A stretch of 64,000 nt of DNA from Eledone cirrhosa. Taxonomy: Eukaryota. The notes under the pieces are model-generated. The model did no database searches, was not told where the DNA came from, and saw nothing but the letters and a program-made list of their open reading frames with translations. The stretch spans positions 102,486,001-102,550,000 of the forward strand of contig OZ024742.1 of NCBI GenBank assembly GCA_964016885.1, in the 5' to 3' direction. Below are positions 1 to 14,500 of this stretch, one piece after another. Positions within the stretch are counted from its first letter, which is position 1, and each line of letters starts with the position of its first letter. The translations under genes were made by a program, and so were the position numbers.

Positions 1-215
1 CACACGCACACACACACACATACACACTTATTAAGTTTTACCTTCTTTTACTTGTTCTCTCCCCCCTCTCTCTCTATATCTATGTATCTCTCTATCTCCC
101 TCTCTCTCCGTCTCTCTCTCTCTCTCTCACACACACGCGACGTAACTATAAACTTGCACACATACGAAATATACCTCTATCTTCCGTACTCACACGCAGA
201 CAAAATCACATACGC

Positions 216-303
<88 letters not shown>

Positions 304-467
304 ATATATATATATATTTACATATATATATATAATATATACACACACCAACACACACATACGCACACATACATACACACAGATATATATATATAATATA
401 TATATATTTGTATATATATATATACACAGCAACACACACACACGCACGCACATACATACACACATAG

Positions 468-507
<40 letters not shown>

Positions 508-939
508 CACACCAACACACACACACGCACACACGCATACATACACACACGTCCTGTGGCGTAACCTCAAACATATAAACAGGTCTGAACTCTCTTCTTT
601 TACCACCCCCTTACTCTTTTATACGCACATACACCCAGACACACGCGCATACATAAACATACACATGGCAGCGTAAGCTTAAACACACTTTCTTCTGTGT
701 TTACATACAGACCCAATTTTCACACACATACACACAGGCATATATCACACATACACTCACACACGTATATAACACACATACATTCACACACGCATATAAC
801 ATATACACTCACACACGCATAGAACATACATACTCACACACGCATATAGCACATATACACTCACACACGCATATGATACACATACACTCACATACGCGCT
901 CAATGCATTCTATTCATAAATCGTATGCTTGCATGTAAC

Positions 940-1009
<70 letters not shown>

Positions 1010-1260
1010 CACACTCATTCACACACACACACTCATTCACACACACACACACACACACACATACACACATGCACACACGCACATATGTAATATAGATGTA
1101 CTATGCGTGTGTGTGCGTGCGTGCATATATATACACACACATACACGTTCATATATAATATAGATATGCATGCTCGTGTTTGTGCATATATATATATATA
1201 CACATGTGTGTGTGTGTGTGTGTGTGTGTGTACATACACGTGGCTGGACATCTGTTGGCT
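1..1260. repeat. Compound microsatellite field (CT, CA, TA, GT) with a ~28-bp imperfect tandem repeat at ~730-900
   Basis: Direct reading; CATATACACTCACACACGCATA-like unit repeated about 6 times. Confidence 0.9.
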
Positions 1261-1347
1261 ACACACACATGGAAACACGCAAGCAACCAAGTAATGAGGC
1301 ACATCCACCATTTACATGCAATAAGTATTAACGAACATGTACACAAT

Positions 1348-1450
1348 GAAGGTGCGTAGCTTAGTGGTTAGAGCATTGGGCTTGCAATCGGGAGGTTGTG
1401 AATCTCGGACCGGTTGATGCGTTGTGTCCTTGAACAAGACACTTCATATA
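1348..1450 (+). mobile_element. tRNA-derived SINE head (family B), truncated
   Basis: A-box TAGCTTAGTGG followed by TGTGTCCTTGAACAAGACACTT; similar to the copies at 6998 and ~44040. Confidence 0.6.
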
Positions 1451-1661
1451 AGATAAAATGCAAAATAGATTACATAATGTGGTATTGGATGAATTTTGAC
1501 TTGGGGAAAGACGGGATGATCATGCCTGGAATGACTTTGATCATAGAGGGTGTTTCATCAGTATGTATCTGCGGGTAAACGCAAGCTCCATAAGCATAAA
1601 CAGTACACAAATATACTGATATAGGCAGTCGCGTGTGAAGGCATGTGGCTTAGTGGTTAGG

Positions 1662-1965
1662 CAGCGTTTCTAAACCTTTTTACCTTTGTTTTCATGTCTC
1701 AGGGAACCCCTGCATAACATAATTATTATATAACATTATTACGGGTAACAACCTAGTTTTAAAAAATATAAGAGGTTGAAGCCTATATTATAATAATCAA
1801 GGATTTCCAACAATATGCTGTATGGGTATAGTACAATTACGAATATGAAATCAAACAAAAATTACTAAAAAATGCGTTAACTTATTTATCACTGTTTCTC
1901 GTGGAACCCCTAGCGATCTCTTGTGGAACCCTAGGGTTCTTAAGAACACCAGTTGAGAAACGCTG
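1662..1965. mobile_element. hAT (Charlie-like) MITE nested in a SINE head
   Basis: TIRs CAGCGTTTCT...AGAAACGCTG and internal GGAACCC repeats; interrupts a SINE A-box/B-box head; TSD not clean. Confidence 0.7.
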
Positions 1966-2491
1966 GATTGAGGTATTCGACTCACGATTGTAAATTCATT
2001 AGTTCGATTTCTGACGACACGTTGTGTTCTTGAGCATTTCAAGTTGCTACAGTTCACTCAGCTGCTATAATAATAAAAAAAACAACAAACAGTTTTCCAT
2101 GTAATCCAACTGACCAGCCATGTTACATAGTGTCACGCTGAATCTCACTGAAAATGGCATTATGGGTATATGTGTATAAGCTACATAAAGTGGAAGAATC
2201 GTCGCCCGAACCGACGTAGGCCCATCACACAAGCACTCATATAAACAATACCCACACGCATATCAACTATAATAGCTAAGGGGAAAATAGCTCTTGGCGG
2301 GGTGGGGCTTCTGTAAATTAAATTGAAATACTCTTTGATCAACTGAGAGAATCAATGTAATTAGTAAGTAAACACTCCCTTCAGAGTGGTTTAGAATCTA
2401 AAATCAACAAACAAGGTAGATAAATTCATTGACATGCAACAGACATCGAAGCATATTCTAGTCAGTTGGCAAAACTAAGTGTTATATATAT

Positions 2492-2602
<111 letters not shown>

Positions 2603-2949
2603 TAAAGTCAGAAAAACCTCTATTTATGGGAGTACAAACTCGCTGATATATAGCTCTCCCTACCATAGTTTCATATGGGGAAGATTCTTATTGTAACCAC
2701 CAATAATTGAAGATTCCGCCATACTCTTCGGTGGAGTTTAATTCTTCAAAATCTAAGAGAAACTGAACCAGATATAATACATACTGTTCTATTTGCCGAG
2801 GCAGCAAATTGGAATAAAAACTCGCGTAGCATTATGTACTCAAAAATCCTCCAGCATAGTGGGACTATGTGACAGTCTTAGAATGTCACTAGTAATAGTA
2901 GCCAAAAGACCGTCTGGTACAACTCGACAAATTAAGGAGTAGTTTAATA

Positions 2950-3125
2950 TTGTTTCTACTTTAGGCACAAGGCCAGCAATTACCCAGTGCATTACTGGTA
3001 CTTTATTTTATCGACCCCGTAAGGATGAAAGGCAAAGTGAACCTCGGCGGGATTTGAACTCAGATCGTAAAAGGACGTAACTATGCTAGAAAGCATGGTG
3101 TCCGACTCTCTACCGATACTGCCAA
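2950..3125 (-). mobile_element. tRNA-derived SINE family A
   Basis: Matches the multicopy consensus GGCAGTATCGGTAGAG...GAGTTCAAATCCC...CTTTCATCCTTACGGGGTCGATAAAATAAAGTACCAG...GTAGAAACAAT. Confidence 0.85.
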
Positions 3126-3694
3126 ACCAATTAATACTTAACCATCTCAATGAGAGTAATCTCTCAGAAAAGCAATATTATATATTAAAATTAAGTAAAA
3201 AAAAAACTCTATTTATGGCAGTACAAACAAGATAGACAAAAACAATATTCCATCTAAACTCGTTTATGTATACATATATACATCTCTCTATGATGGTTTC
3301 ATATCCCATAGGCACGGGATTTACTGTAATTACTGTTTATGTATCAAAATGCTAACACGTCATACCGCGTTCATTTGAATATGCAAGGTTTTTTTTTGTT
3401 TTTTTTTTCAAATAAGGCTTAAAACTGTATTAGACTAAACACCGTTTATGGTGGTGCAACCCTATTAAGGGAGGTATGTGAAAAGACGTCCGAATCTTCA
3501 ACATTCGGGGTTTAATCACAAACACAGTCAATGCATGTTTTCACTCTGTAAATTAGATGGTGGCTGTCAATATCATTGTACGCTAGGACATATAACGGTT
3601 AATAAACTTATCAATGTATTTGAGTGTAAAAGAAACGATGTGCAGAATCTACATATACTTAAAGAAACTTTACTGGACATAATTCTCTCTCTCT

Positions 3695-3742
3695 GACAAT
3701 ATTGACAAGGAGCAAGACACTCCGAAACAGTTGTCAATTGTC
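3695..3742 (+). ncRNA. Hammerhead ribozyme-like motif (Penelope pLTR type, U3:A8 core variant)
   Basis: GACAAT-A-TTGACAA-GGAG caagaca CTCC-GAAAC agtt GTC-A-ATTGTC: stems I, II and a minimal stem III. Confidence 0.55.
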
Positions 3743-4096
3743 CATTGTTTTCTCTCAGCTACAACTGGCACAAAGTGATGACATTGCCATCTACGACGTT
3801 GTGTTTTATAAGGCTGTTTACTTGTAAACAAACAGAATATTAATAATATTATGATAATATTATAATATTGTTATTCACTCACCAATACACACACACATAC
3901 ACACACTGTCTTTGATGATCGATTATATTGATTGATTTTTTAATGATCGATTACATAGATTGATTTTTAGGCACATTCTCCAGGTATGAAATAGCGCTAT
4001 AAGGTTCCACTTACGATTCCACCTATAGAATATGTATTTGGTATATATACAATATACCGTGTTCCTTGTACGATATATGTCTCTTTCTCTCTCGCC

Positions 4097-4158
<62 letters not shown>

Positions 4159-4236
4159 TGAAAAATGGAACGGGAATGAAACAGAGAAGCAGTACAAACA
4201 AAGGTTTATTAGTTTCACGCTCTTGAGAGGGGGGGG

Positions 4237-4265
4237 CGACGTTTCGGGCATAAGCCCTTCTTCAG
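4237..4265 (-). ncRNA. Minimal hammerhead motif typical of Penelope-like elements
   Basis: Minus strand CTGAAGA-A-GGGC ttat GCCC-GAAAC-GTC with palindromic ACGT stem III; AATAAA lies downstream; stem I unclear. Confidence 0.65.
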
Positions 4266-4419
4266 CAGAAGAGAGTTCCGAGGGTGTGTAGGGGAGTGGT
4301 GGAGAGACATTTAGAAAAAAAGGGGGGAGTAAAAACGGTGGAAGGGGTACAAATAAAAATAAAAATTAAAATTAAAATAAACATGTATATATATATATAT
4401 ATAAATACAGAGAGAGAGG

Positions 4420-4473
<54 letters not shown>

Positions 4474-4572
4474 GAGAGTGCTTTCTTTGGTACCAACACT
4501 TGTAATTCACTGAATCACCTACACTATATATATATATATAGGAAAATGTGTGAAATCCTTGGTACAGTTAGG

Positions 4573-4714
4573 TATATTTGAAAAAAGGAAAAGGGTGACT
4601 TCACTTGTAGTTCTAAACAATTTTATTTAATTTTATAATATTATAATATTATAAAATTAAATCAAATTGTTTAGAACTACAAGTGATGTCACCCTTTTCC
4701 TTTTTTCAAATATA
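4573..4714. repeat. ~140-bp near-perfect palindrome
   Basis: TATATTTGAAAAAAGGAAAAGGGTGAC...GTCACCCTTTTCCTTTTTTCAAATATA. Confidence 0.9.
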
Positions 4715-5110
4715 TAAATATATATAACCAAATGAAAAGATATATGTATATATAGAGAGAGAAAGAGACATATATCGTACAAGGAACACGATATATTGTA
4801 TATATACCAAATACATATTCTATAGGTGGAATCGTAAGTGGAACCTTATAGCGCTATTTCATACCTGGAGAATGTGCCTAAAAATCAATCTATGTAATCG
4901 ATCATTGAAAAAAATCAATCAATATAATCGATCATCAAAGACAGTGTGTGTATGTGTGTGTGTATTTGTGAGTGAATAACAATAATATTATAATATTATC
5001 ATAATATTATTAATATTCGGTTTGTTTACAAGTAAACAGCCTTATAAAACACAACGTCGTAGATGGCAATGTCATCCTTTTGTGCCAGTTGTAGCTGAGA
5101 GAAAACAATG

Positions 5111-5157
5111 GACAATTAACAACTGTTTCGGAGTGTCTTGCTCCTTGTCAATATTGT
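5111..5157 (-). ncRNA. Second copy of the U3:A8 hammerhead-like motif (GUU triplet)
   Basis: Reverse complement of the 3695-3742 motif, in the right arm of the inverted repeat. Confidence 0.5.
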
Positions 5158-5369
5158 GTATTCTGCCCGTTAGCTACTGCCAGGAACTGCTGAGAATACA
5201 TAGTAATTTCAAATGTATACATCGGCTGATTAGCCTCATTTGCATACCGAGCGATTTACGGCCGGCTTCGCCGAAAATTAAAAGTCAAGATTTGTTTTCA
5301 CTTCTAACGTGGTGTAAATAAACCGAATATTAATAATATTATGATGAAGTGGGGTTAGCGACAAACATA

Positions 5370-5880
5370 CCAGCACAGTGGAATTCCAGAGAGTTCTCAC
5401 CGAGAACGGCTACCATACTCCTCTCGACCGAAATCCCAAGCCAGCAACACTTAAAAGAACAAGGAAGACACATGCTGCTGCATTTCCTTGAGAAGACGAC
5501 TACTGCTATCAGACAAGCCCCTGTAGAGAAGGTCTGAATATAGAGCTAGAACACTCGGGACCTTCATTGAGGAGCCTACTCTATAGACACCGACCTACAT
5601 ACAACGACATGTGCACACTTTCTAATTATCCCATCAACAACGTAGATGTGTGCATGAAAGTGTATGTGGTCTACAAGGTCACGTATAAAAAAATGAAGCT
5701 CCTTGTACATCGGAAGTACCGTCCGGATGCTGCACATACGGGTCAAGGAGCACGTGACAACGGGAGCTTCTGCTATCAAAAAAATCTTGACAAAACAACG
5801 CAAAAGAATGTGAAAATTTTAGAGTGAAAGAGGCCATTATCATCAACAAGAAAAAGCTACAGTTAAATAATAGAGTGTAA
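5370..5880 (+). pseudogene. Penelope-like element GIY-YIG endonuclease remnant (frameshifts and stops)
   Basis: Translations VYVVYKVT...LYIGSTVRMLHIRVKEH and terminal VKEAIIINKKKLQLNNR; upstream LTENGY motif. Confidence 0.75.
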
Positions 5881-6997
5881 ATGCACGAATCGGATTGGCT
5901 ACTATAATGGCTCTGCGCATGCATATTTCAGATTCGCAAATCAGTTGGGAAAGCACATCGATCTTTCGTTGTTTTTTTTTTTTTAGCCCTTTCCATTTTG
6001 CTTTTGAAAAAGGGATATTAGCCCTGAAATATGTTGAAATATACCGGGTAAAACATTACTTTGTTTTGTTTTATCTATCATTCATTTCTTTTTATGTTTG
6101 TTTTGATCTATGTTTTGAGTTCATATCCTGCTGAGATCAATTTTGTCTTTCATCTCTCTAAAATAAATAAAATATAGTACCAGTCATATTTTGAATTCAA
6201 TTTAATCGTATAGTCCTACCCCTAAACTTCTGAAACAATACATCATATAAAAAATACAGAGAGAATTAACATATGAGTTGAAGGAGGAACATACGTACTT
6301 AGCTCAGTGGCAGGTAAAGTGCGAGATAGCGAAGCAAAGAACGCTTACACGAACACACACAGACACATATCACACACACATCACACACACATCACACAAG
6401 AAGTATCCTGTTTAGTGCTTCATAATACTTTTTTTATCTTTCTTTGTCAACCATATGTATAAAGTGCGACACCTAAGCCCCGTATACATATTTCATTAGG
6501 TTATACATGCAACCAGTATCTGTCCTGAGTGACGCCGCTGTTTGTATTTCCAAAGGTTTTCCTGTCCGCCAGCTATCCTTCATCAATCTAAAATTTCACA
6601 TCAACAAATTGTACTCCCAACATCTTTTATTACCCATAGAGACAGTCCCTTCACAAAGATTTCGTGCTCGGGGTGGAGTGGGTATTGCTTCAGAATATAC
6701 TGGGTTGCCATTCTAATTCGCAATAATTCTAAGACGGAGTTTCGGGATAAGCATATTACCATAATTTTTTCTAAATTGAAAGTACACCATTGAGGGTACA
6801 CAACTGGGAGTGAAAGTGATATCCAGGGCCCCAGCTGCTCTGGTGACGGGCTCGGTAGGATATTTAGTTGCAGAAGTTTAACAAACAAATTGTTCTTTTT
6901 ATTGAGCGTTGCTGTAATGTCATTATCGTCAAATCATTCCTAGTGTCTGCTTCTTAAAATCATAGATCTTATTTTTATACTTCCTACATGTACATGT

Positions 6998-7230
6998 GGA
7001 GGTGCGTGGCCCAGTGGTAAGAGTGTTGGATTTACGATCATAATGTCGTGGGTTCGATTCCTGGACTGGGTTGCGTGATGTGTTCTTGAGCAAAACACTT
7101 CATTTCACATTGCTCCAGTATACTCAGCTGAAAATGAGTACCAGCAATAGCTGGGTGTTTAACCCTGCGATAGACTGGCGTCCTGTCCAGGAAGGAGTCT
7201 TGTATTCTCAGTCACTTCATGCCATGAAAT
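6998..7230 (+). mobile_element. tRNA-derived SINE family B
   Basis: A-box TGGCCCAGTGG, B-box GGTTCGATTCC, core TGTGTTCTTGAGCAAAACACTT...CCCTGCGATAGACTGGCGTCCTGTCCAGG; another copy at ~44040-44290. Confidence 0.8.
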
Positions 7231-7319
7231 GGCTCGTTAGACCGGTGCTTATCCTGGTTTCATGGCGTGAGGCAACTGAGAGTACAAGACTCCCCCTGGA
7301 TAGGACGCTACCTCAACTG

Positions 7320-7614
7320 ACGCCGAAAATCATGCTCTCTATGCTCATGCATCTGCTCCATTCAAAAACTTCCAAATCACTGACGAAAATTTTCCATCGC
7401 ACCCCAAGAATCTTACGAAGAGATTATTGGTGAAACCTCTCCAGTACCCGGAGGTGTTTTCTGTATGTTTCGCAAGCATAAAGCAAAGAGGAGAGGACAT
7501 AAGTCAGATACACTTTCACCTTGGTTTCAATAGTGATACCTCGTCTGGACCATGAATGTTTATTCAGCCGTCCAAAAGCAAGTGTGCATAAATTGTTCAA
7601 CGTTCTACCAAGGT

Positions 7615-7615
<1 letters not shown>
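7320..7615 (-). pseudogene. RTE-clade (BovB-like) LINE fragment, region C-terminal to RT
   Basis: [38 protein letters not shown]...LERFHQ*SLRKILGVRW. Confidence 0.8.
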
Positions 7616-7689
<74 letters not shown>

Positions 7690-7706
7690 CATATATATAT
7701 ATATAT

Positions 7707-7890
7707 AAATGAGAAAAAGATCAAGGGATGGCAATTCTCAAAACCGAAATGCAGCCGTTATGCATGCATGTATGTGTGGTGTGTATATATATATATACAT
7801 ATATATATATACATATCACACGCATACATGCATACATAACGGCTGCATTTCGGTTTTGAGAATTGCCATCTCTTGATCTTTTTCTCATTT
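7707..7890. repeat. ~185-bp fold-back palindrome next to a (TA)n tract
   Basis: AAATGAGAAAAAGATCAAGGGATGGCAATTCTCAAAACCGAAATGCAGCCGTTATG and its reverse complement around a TA-rich centre. Confidence 0.9.
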
Positions 7891-8319
7891 ACGAACATTT
7901 ATAGTCATTCGTGCCAACTATAAATTTTAGCTCCCCCAAGGACTTAGATTCCTTTTTGCATATGCTGCAGCGAAAGAAAAAAGATCATGATCACGCAACA
8001 CACCTGAAAGTCCTTTAGATCGAGTAATGCCACTGACTGCTTGAAGCTTTATTAAGTGAAGAAAGGCCTTGTAGTAGACTAATCCCACTCTCTGAATTCC
8101 ATATTTTTGAATAGTGGTGCCCCAACATGGCCTCATCCTATCAGCTGGAACACGTAAGAGAGGAAAAGAGTAAAAGAGTAAAAGAGCAGGTAAGAGTTTC
8201 TTCACAGTCGCTTGAAATGCAAAAAAAGAACAGCCTAATCTCCCCCAGATAATGTCCTGTTGCCCTAAAGACTTTGATCATATGTTTGCTCAACAGAGCC
8301 GACTGGGGATCAATCAGCA

Positions 8320-9970
8320 TAAATATACATACATACATGAATTGCTGCTCCCTCGTTATCGAGTATGGCCATTGCACGATATACCATTATTAATAATTAT
8401 TAATTAATTCTATCGAGCAATGCCTGTGCGTGAAGATATTTTTTAAAGTGAGGAAAGACTGCACTGAGCCAATCCCACTCTCTGAGCGACAGTAGCTATA
8501 ACCCGAAAAGAAGAAAAGATCAACATCATCGGTAACTACTGAGCCGCAGGTTTTATATCGGAGTTATCCCCGTTTCCTGAGTTCCCTTCTCCTAGAAGAA
8601 TGCCGTGACAAAAGTATACATACATACATACATGATGGCTGCCCCCTCGTTATCGAGTATGGCCATTGCACGAGGAGAAAAAAAAAATTAATAAATAAAT
8701 AAAAAATTAAAAAAAAAGAAAAAAAGAAAGAAAAAAAAAATATATATATACATATATATATATATATACATGCACACATACATACACATATACACACACA
8801 TATACACACACACATACATTAATAACAATAATAATAATAATAATAATTGTTTCTACTTTAGGCACAAGGCCAGCAATTACCCAGTGCATTACTGGTACTT
8901 TATTTTATCGACCCCGTAAGGATGAAAGGCAAAGTCAACCTCGGCGGGATTTGAACTCGGATCGTAAAGGGACGTAACTATGCTGGAAAGCATGGCGTCC
9001 GACCCTCTAATAATAATTTACACAACTACAATAATAATAATATACATATACATATATATATATACACATACACGCACACACATAAGCATATCTATACACA
9101 CACACGATAGCAACTAACAGCGCTGCGATCGAATGTGACTTTTTATACATACATACATACATACATACATACATACATACATACATACATACATACATAC
9201 ATACATACATACATACATACATGCATGCATGCATACATACATGCATACATACATACATACATACATACATACATTCATACATACATACATACATACATAC
9301 ATACATACATACATACATACATACATTCATACATGCATACATGCATACATACATACATACATACATACATGGTGGCTGCCAACTCGTTTTCGAGTACGGC
9401 CACTACTTTATATCCATGTAGGAGAACCCCTACCGATGCGCTGAACGAGTGTGACTTTTTAGTCCAGCCAGCGACTTGAAAACTCTGGTACAAACACTAC
9501 ACTTGTGACAATTATTGACACATAGTGCTTTACCTTTGGTACCATGTGACGACAAGTGCAGAGAGATCTCCAGATACAAAGCAATGCCTGTGCCATGAAG
9601 CTTTTATAGTGAGCAAAGGCACTGCACAAAGCCAGTCCCACTCTCTTAACCAAGATGATATTTACCAAAAAGAAGAACAAGTCAACATCATTGGATACCA
9701 TCAGGGTTGCAGGTGTTATATCAGAGTTTTCCTTCTCCTAGAATTCTGCCTTGACAAAGGCTAAGGGGTCATCTCTCCCAGTGATTTTGGATGGCCATTG
9801 ACTCTTAAGAGCTCCTTTGCCCTTTGACAGGTTTTGTTTTTAGTCCTGCAGGATGTCCAAAGTCACCCTCCTCACCAAGAAACCTTGGTGGGGTTGCCAG
9901 TTTAGTCGCCAACGACCCGACCATGAGACAGGTTGTACTGGGATACATGTTACCAATAGCACCAAGTGGT
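8320..9970 (-). mobile_element. Cluster of short probable RTE-related non-autonomous elements with (TGTA)n tails, plus a SINE A at ~8845-9010
   Basis: Repeated GCTGC-CCCTCGTTATCGAGTATGGCCA ends next to (TACA)n; shared CCCACTCTC and CCTTCTCCTAG motifs at ~8470-8600 and ~9630-9770. Confidence 0.4.
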
Positions 9971-10087
9971 GACCTGACATACGTACATACATACATACAT
10001 ACATACATACATACATACATACATACATACATACATACATACATACATGCATACATGCATACATACATACATACATTCATACATACA

Positions 10088-10121
<34 letters not shown>

Positions 10122-10247
10122 CTTTTTTCTTCTGTTGAAACCTTCCCTTTAGAACCTTGCCGCCAAGCAGGTGGCCCGGTCATCATAAACTCTAAAACAA
10201 AACATATACATATACTCAGATAAACAGCCTCGGAAACCACGCACACA

Positions 10248-10357
<110 letters not shown>

Positions 10358-10720
10358 CTCTCTCTCCCTCTCTCTCTAACACACATGCTTTTAGTCAGTC
10401 AGACACAAGCCACCAAAGAAGCCCCTACGTAGTCATCTGATATGATGGTCATAACTGGAACGCTTTGCTCATTAACAACACAGAAATACATCCATACATA
10501 CAGAGTCATGGGGACATAGGACATGAATTACACACACACACACACAAATAAATACGAACTACACCATGCGCAAGGGTGACACGCAAATTCGTGAAGCGGT
10601 CCATATTTTTCAATGGTGGTGCCTTAGCATGGCCTCGTCTATCAGCTGCTGGAACACGTAAGAGAGGAAAATAGTAAAAGAATAAAAGAGTAAAAGAGAA
10701 AAAAAAGAGAGAGAGAGAGA

Positions 10721-10758
<38 letters not shown>

Positions 10759-11589
10759 TTTGAAATGCAAGAAAGAACAGCTTAATCTCCCTCAGATAAC
10801 GTCCTGTTGCCACAAAACAATGACATATTGGATAAACTAATGAGTTACATACTAGTTAAAATGTAACAGACGGGTCATGGCTGGAACGACTTTGATCATG
10901 TTTGCTCAACAGAGCCGGCTAGGGTTCAATCAGTATAGATATACACCATACATATATGTATACATACATAAATGATGGCTGCTTGCTGAGCCACATACAT
11001 ATATGAATACATACATACATACATATATGCATACATACATACATACATACGTGCACACATGCATACACACATACATATATACATACATAAATACATACAT
11101 ATATGCATTCATACACACACACATACATACACACACATATACATACATTACATACATAAATACATACATATATACATACACATATACATACATTACATGC
11201 ATAAATACATACATATATACATACATACATTATATACATAAATACATTACGTACATAGCCACATTCATACACAGACAGACGACACTATTTCTTATGTGAG
11301 ATGTATCAAAACGTCCCTCTCCTTCCCCCTCGTTTCCTTGTTATTTCCGCCACGCTTCTTCTTACGCATTCTTGTTAGTTCACCCCTTCCCCCACTTTCT
11401 TTTCTCTTTTTCTTTCGCCGCCCTTCCTTTGTCTGTCTGTCAGTCTGTCTGTCTGTCTGTATGTATGTTTGTTTCTCTGTCTGTCGGCCTGTCTGTCAGT
11501 CTGATTATCTGTTTGTCCGTCTATTTGTCTGTCTGTCTGTCTGTTCGGCTCCCACTCCCTGAATGAACAGCTTATCCCTAACCCTCTTT

Positions 11590-14500
11590 CTAGTTACCAC
11601 CATCACTACCATCACTACCATCATCCCGATAGTCAAGCTGCGACAACAGTCCCTCCCCCCATCCCCCCACCACCACCACAAATACCATCACAACCACACT
11701 ACAACCACACTACCACTACAACTACAACTACCACCACCACAAATTCTATCACAATCACTACCGCCACCACTACCACCACCACCACCACCACTACACCACC
11801 ACCACCACCACCACCACCACCACCACCACCACCACCACTACCACAAATACCATCAGAACCACTATCACCATCACTACCGCCACCACTACAACCACTACCA
11901 CCACAAATACCATCACAACCAGTGCCACTACCGCCATCACCATCACTACCACCATCACCACCACTACCTCATCTCCACTACCACTACCACCACACCCAAC
12001 TGCCACAACCTACCACCACAAATAGCGTCACAGTCACTACCACCACCTGCACCACTACTACTACCACCACTAATGTCACCATCTGTATTCCACCACTACC
12101 TCTCCCAACCTCCACCCCCAACTACCCAATTTCCACAACCTACTGCCACAAATACCATCACAACCACTACCACCACCTTCACCCATCCATATCCCACCAC
12201 AACTATTACCACTAACACCGCCACAAATACCATCACAACCACTACCGCCACCTCTATCCCACCACAACTAATACTACCACTAATGCCAGCATTTATGTTC
12301 CACCACTGCGACAACCAACTTCACCTCCACCTACCTTGCCCTACCACGACCACTACCTCCACCACCACCACCACTACCACCACCACCACCACCAACACCA
12401 CTACCACCACTATCACCACCACTACCACCACTATCACTACCACTACCACTACCACCACGACCACTACCACCAACACCACTACCACCACTACCACCACTAT
12501 CACTACCACCACTACCACCACCACCACCACCACCACGACCACTACCACCAACACCACTACCACCACAATCACCACCACTACCACCACTATCACTACCACC
12601 ACTACCAAAACCACCACCACCACCACGACCACTACCACCACAATCACCACCACTACCACCACTATCACTACCACCACTACCACCACTACCACCACCACCA
12701 CCACGACCACTACCACCAACACCACTACCACCACTATCACCACCACTACCACCACTATCACTACCACCACTACCACCACCTCCACCACCACCGCCACCAC
12801 GACTACTACCACCACTATCACCACCACTAACACCACTATCACTACCACCACTACCACCACCACGACCACCAACACTACCACCACCACCACACCACTACCA
12901 CCACAATCACCACCACTACCACCATCACCACTACCACCATCATAACCACTACCACCACTACTACTACCACCACCACTACCACCACTACCCAACTACCACA
13001 ACCTACCACCACTATCACCATCACCACTACCCAACTACCACAACCTACCACCACCACTACCCAACTACCACTACCTACCACCACCACCACCACCACTACC
13101 CAACTACCACAACCTATCACCACCACCACCACCACTAGCCAACTACCAAAACCTACCACCACCACCACCACCACCACCACCACCACCACCACCACCATCA
13201 CCACTGATACCACCCATCTTACCCTACCACCACCACTATCACCGACCCTCTTCTTTCTACCATTGACATATTGGACACATTCTAGATATAGAAAAAAGAC
13301 GAGATGGGCACGGCTGGAATGCTTTTGATCGTTGGTTTGCCCAATCTGAGCTGACCTCTGTTTAAACAATAACAATCACCAACATTACTACAACCCCAGC
13401 TACAACCTCAACCACAAACACATTACCACTACCCCTCCCCCAACCACCAGTATCACTACATCTTCTATCCCATCATCAATACAATTTCTGGAAACCACCA
13501 CCTCTTCTACCATCACCACCACCACTTCCACCACAACCACCACCACCACCACCACCACCACCTCTACCATCACCACCACCATAACTGCCAGTACCATCAC
13601 CACCACCACCAACACCACCTCCATCAACAGTAGCACAAGTACCACCACCCTATCCATCACCACCACCACCACCACCACCACCACCACCACAACCACCACC
13701 ACCACTTCTACCACCAGCACCATCACCGCCAGCACCACCACCATCACCATCATCATCACCACCACCACCACCACCATCACCACCACCATCACTTCCACCA
13801 CAACCACCAACACCACCACCACTTCTACCATCACCACCACCATCACTGCCAGTACCACCACCACCACCACCAACACCACCTCCACCACCACTTCTACCAT
13901 CACCACCACCATCACTGCCAGTACCACCACCACCACCACCAACACCACCTCCACCACCACTTCTACCATCACCACCACCATCACTGCCAGTACCACCACC
14001 ACCACCACCAACACCACCTCCATCAACACTAGCACAAGTACCACCACCATATCCATCATCACCACCACCACCATCACTACCATCACACTACCAACACCAG
14101 CAGCATCACACCACAACACCACTACCACTAACACCACTGCAATATGCACCGCCACCACCATCACTCACTACCACTAATACCATCACCGCTTCTACTACCA
14201 CTATATCAAGCTCGCCACCACCACCACCACCACCAACACTGTCACCACTATCACCACCGCCGCCGCCACCACACTCACAAGCATTGTCACTACTGTCATC
14301 ACCACCACCCGCCGTCATCGTCACTACAACCACCACCACCACCACAACCACCACCACTACCCCCCCACCACCACCACGACTACCACCACGACCACCACTA
14401 CCACCACCATCACCACTACCTGAATGACGACGACGACGACCACCACCACCACCACCACTACCACCGCCACGACCACACTACCACCACCATCACCACTACC

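Larger units (their letters stand above)
3696..5157. repeat. ~400-bp near-perfect inverted repeat (arms 3696-4093 and 4755-5157), probable Penelope pseudo-LTR pair
   Basis: Arms are reverse complements with only a few mismatches; each carries a hammerhead motif; adjoins a GIY-YIG remnant. Confidence 0.85.

Noticed and set aside
6500-6950. Complex-looking sequence with short ORFs
   Set aside because: No recognisable domain in the frames I translated; may be a decayed transposon; needs BLASTx
11563-12945. 460-aa His/Pro/Thr-rich ORF (mucin-like)
   Set aside because: Arises from (ACC)n repeats that lack stop codons; open in several frames and on both strands; no domain
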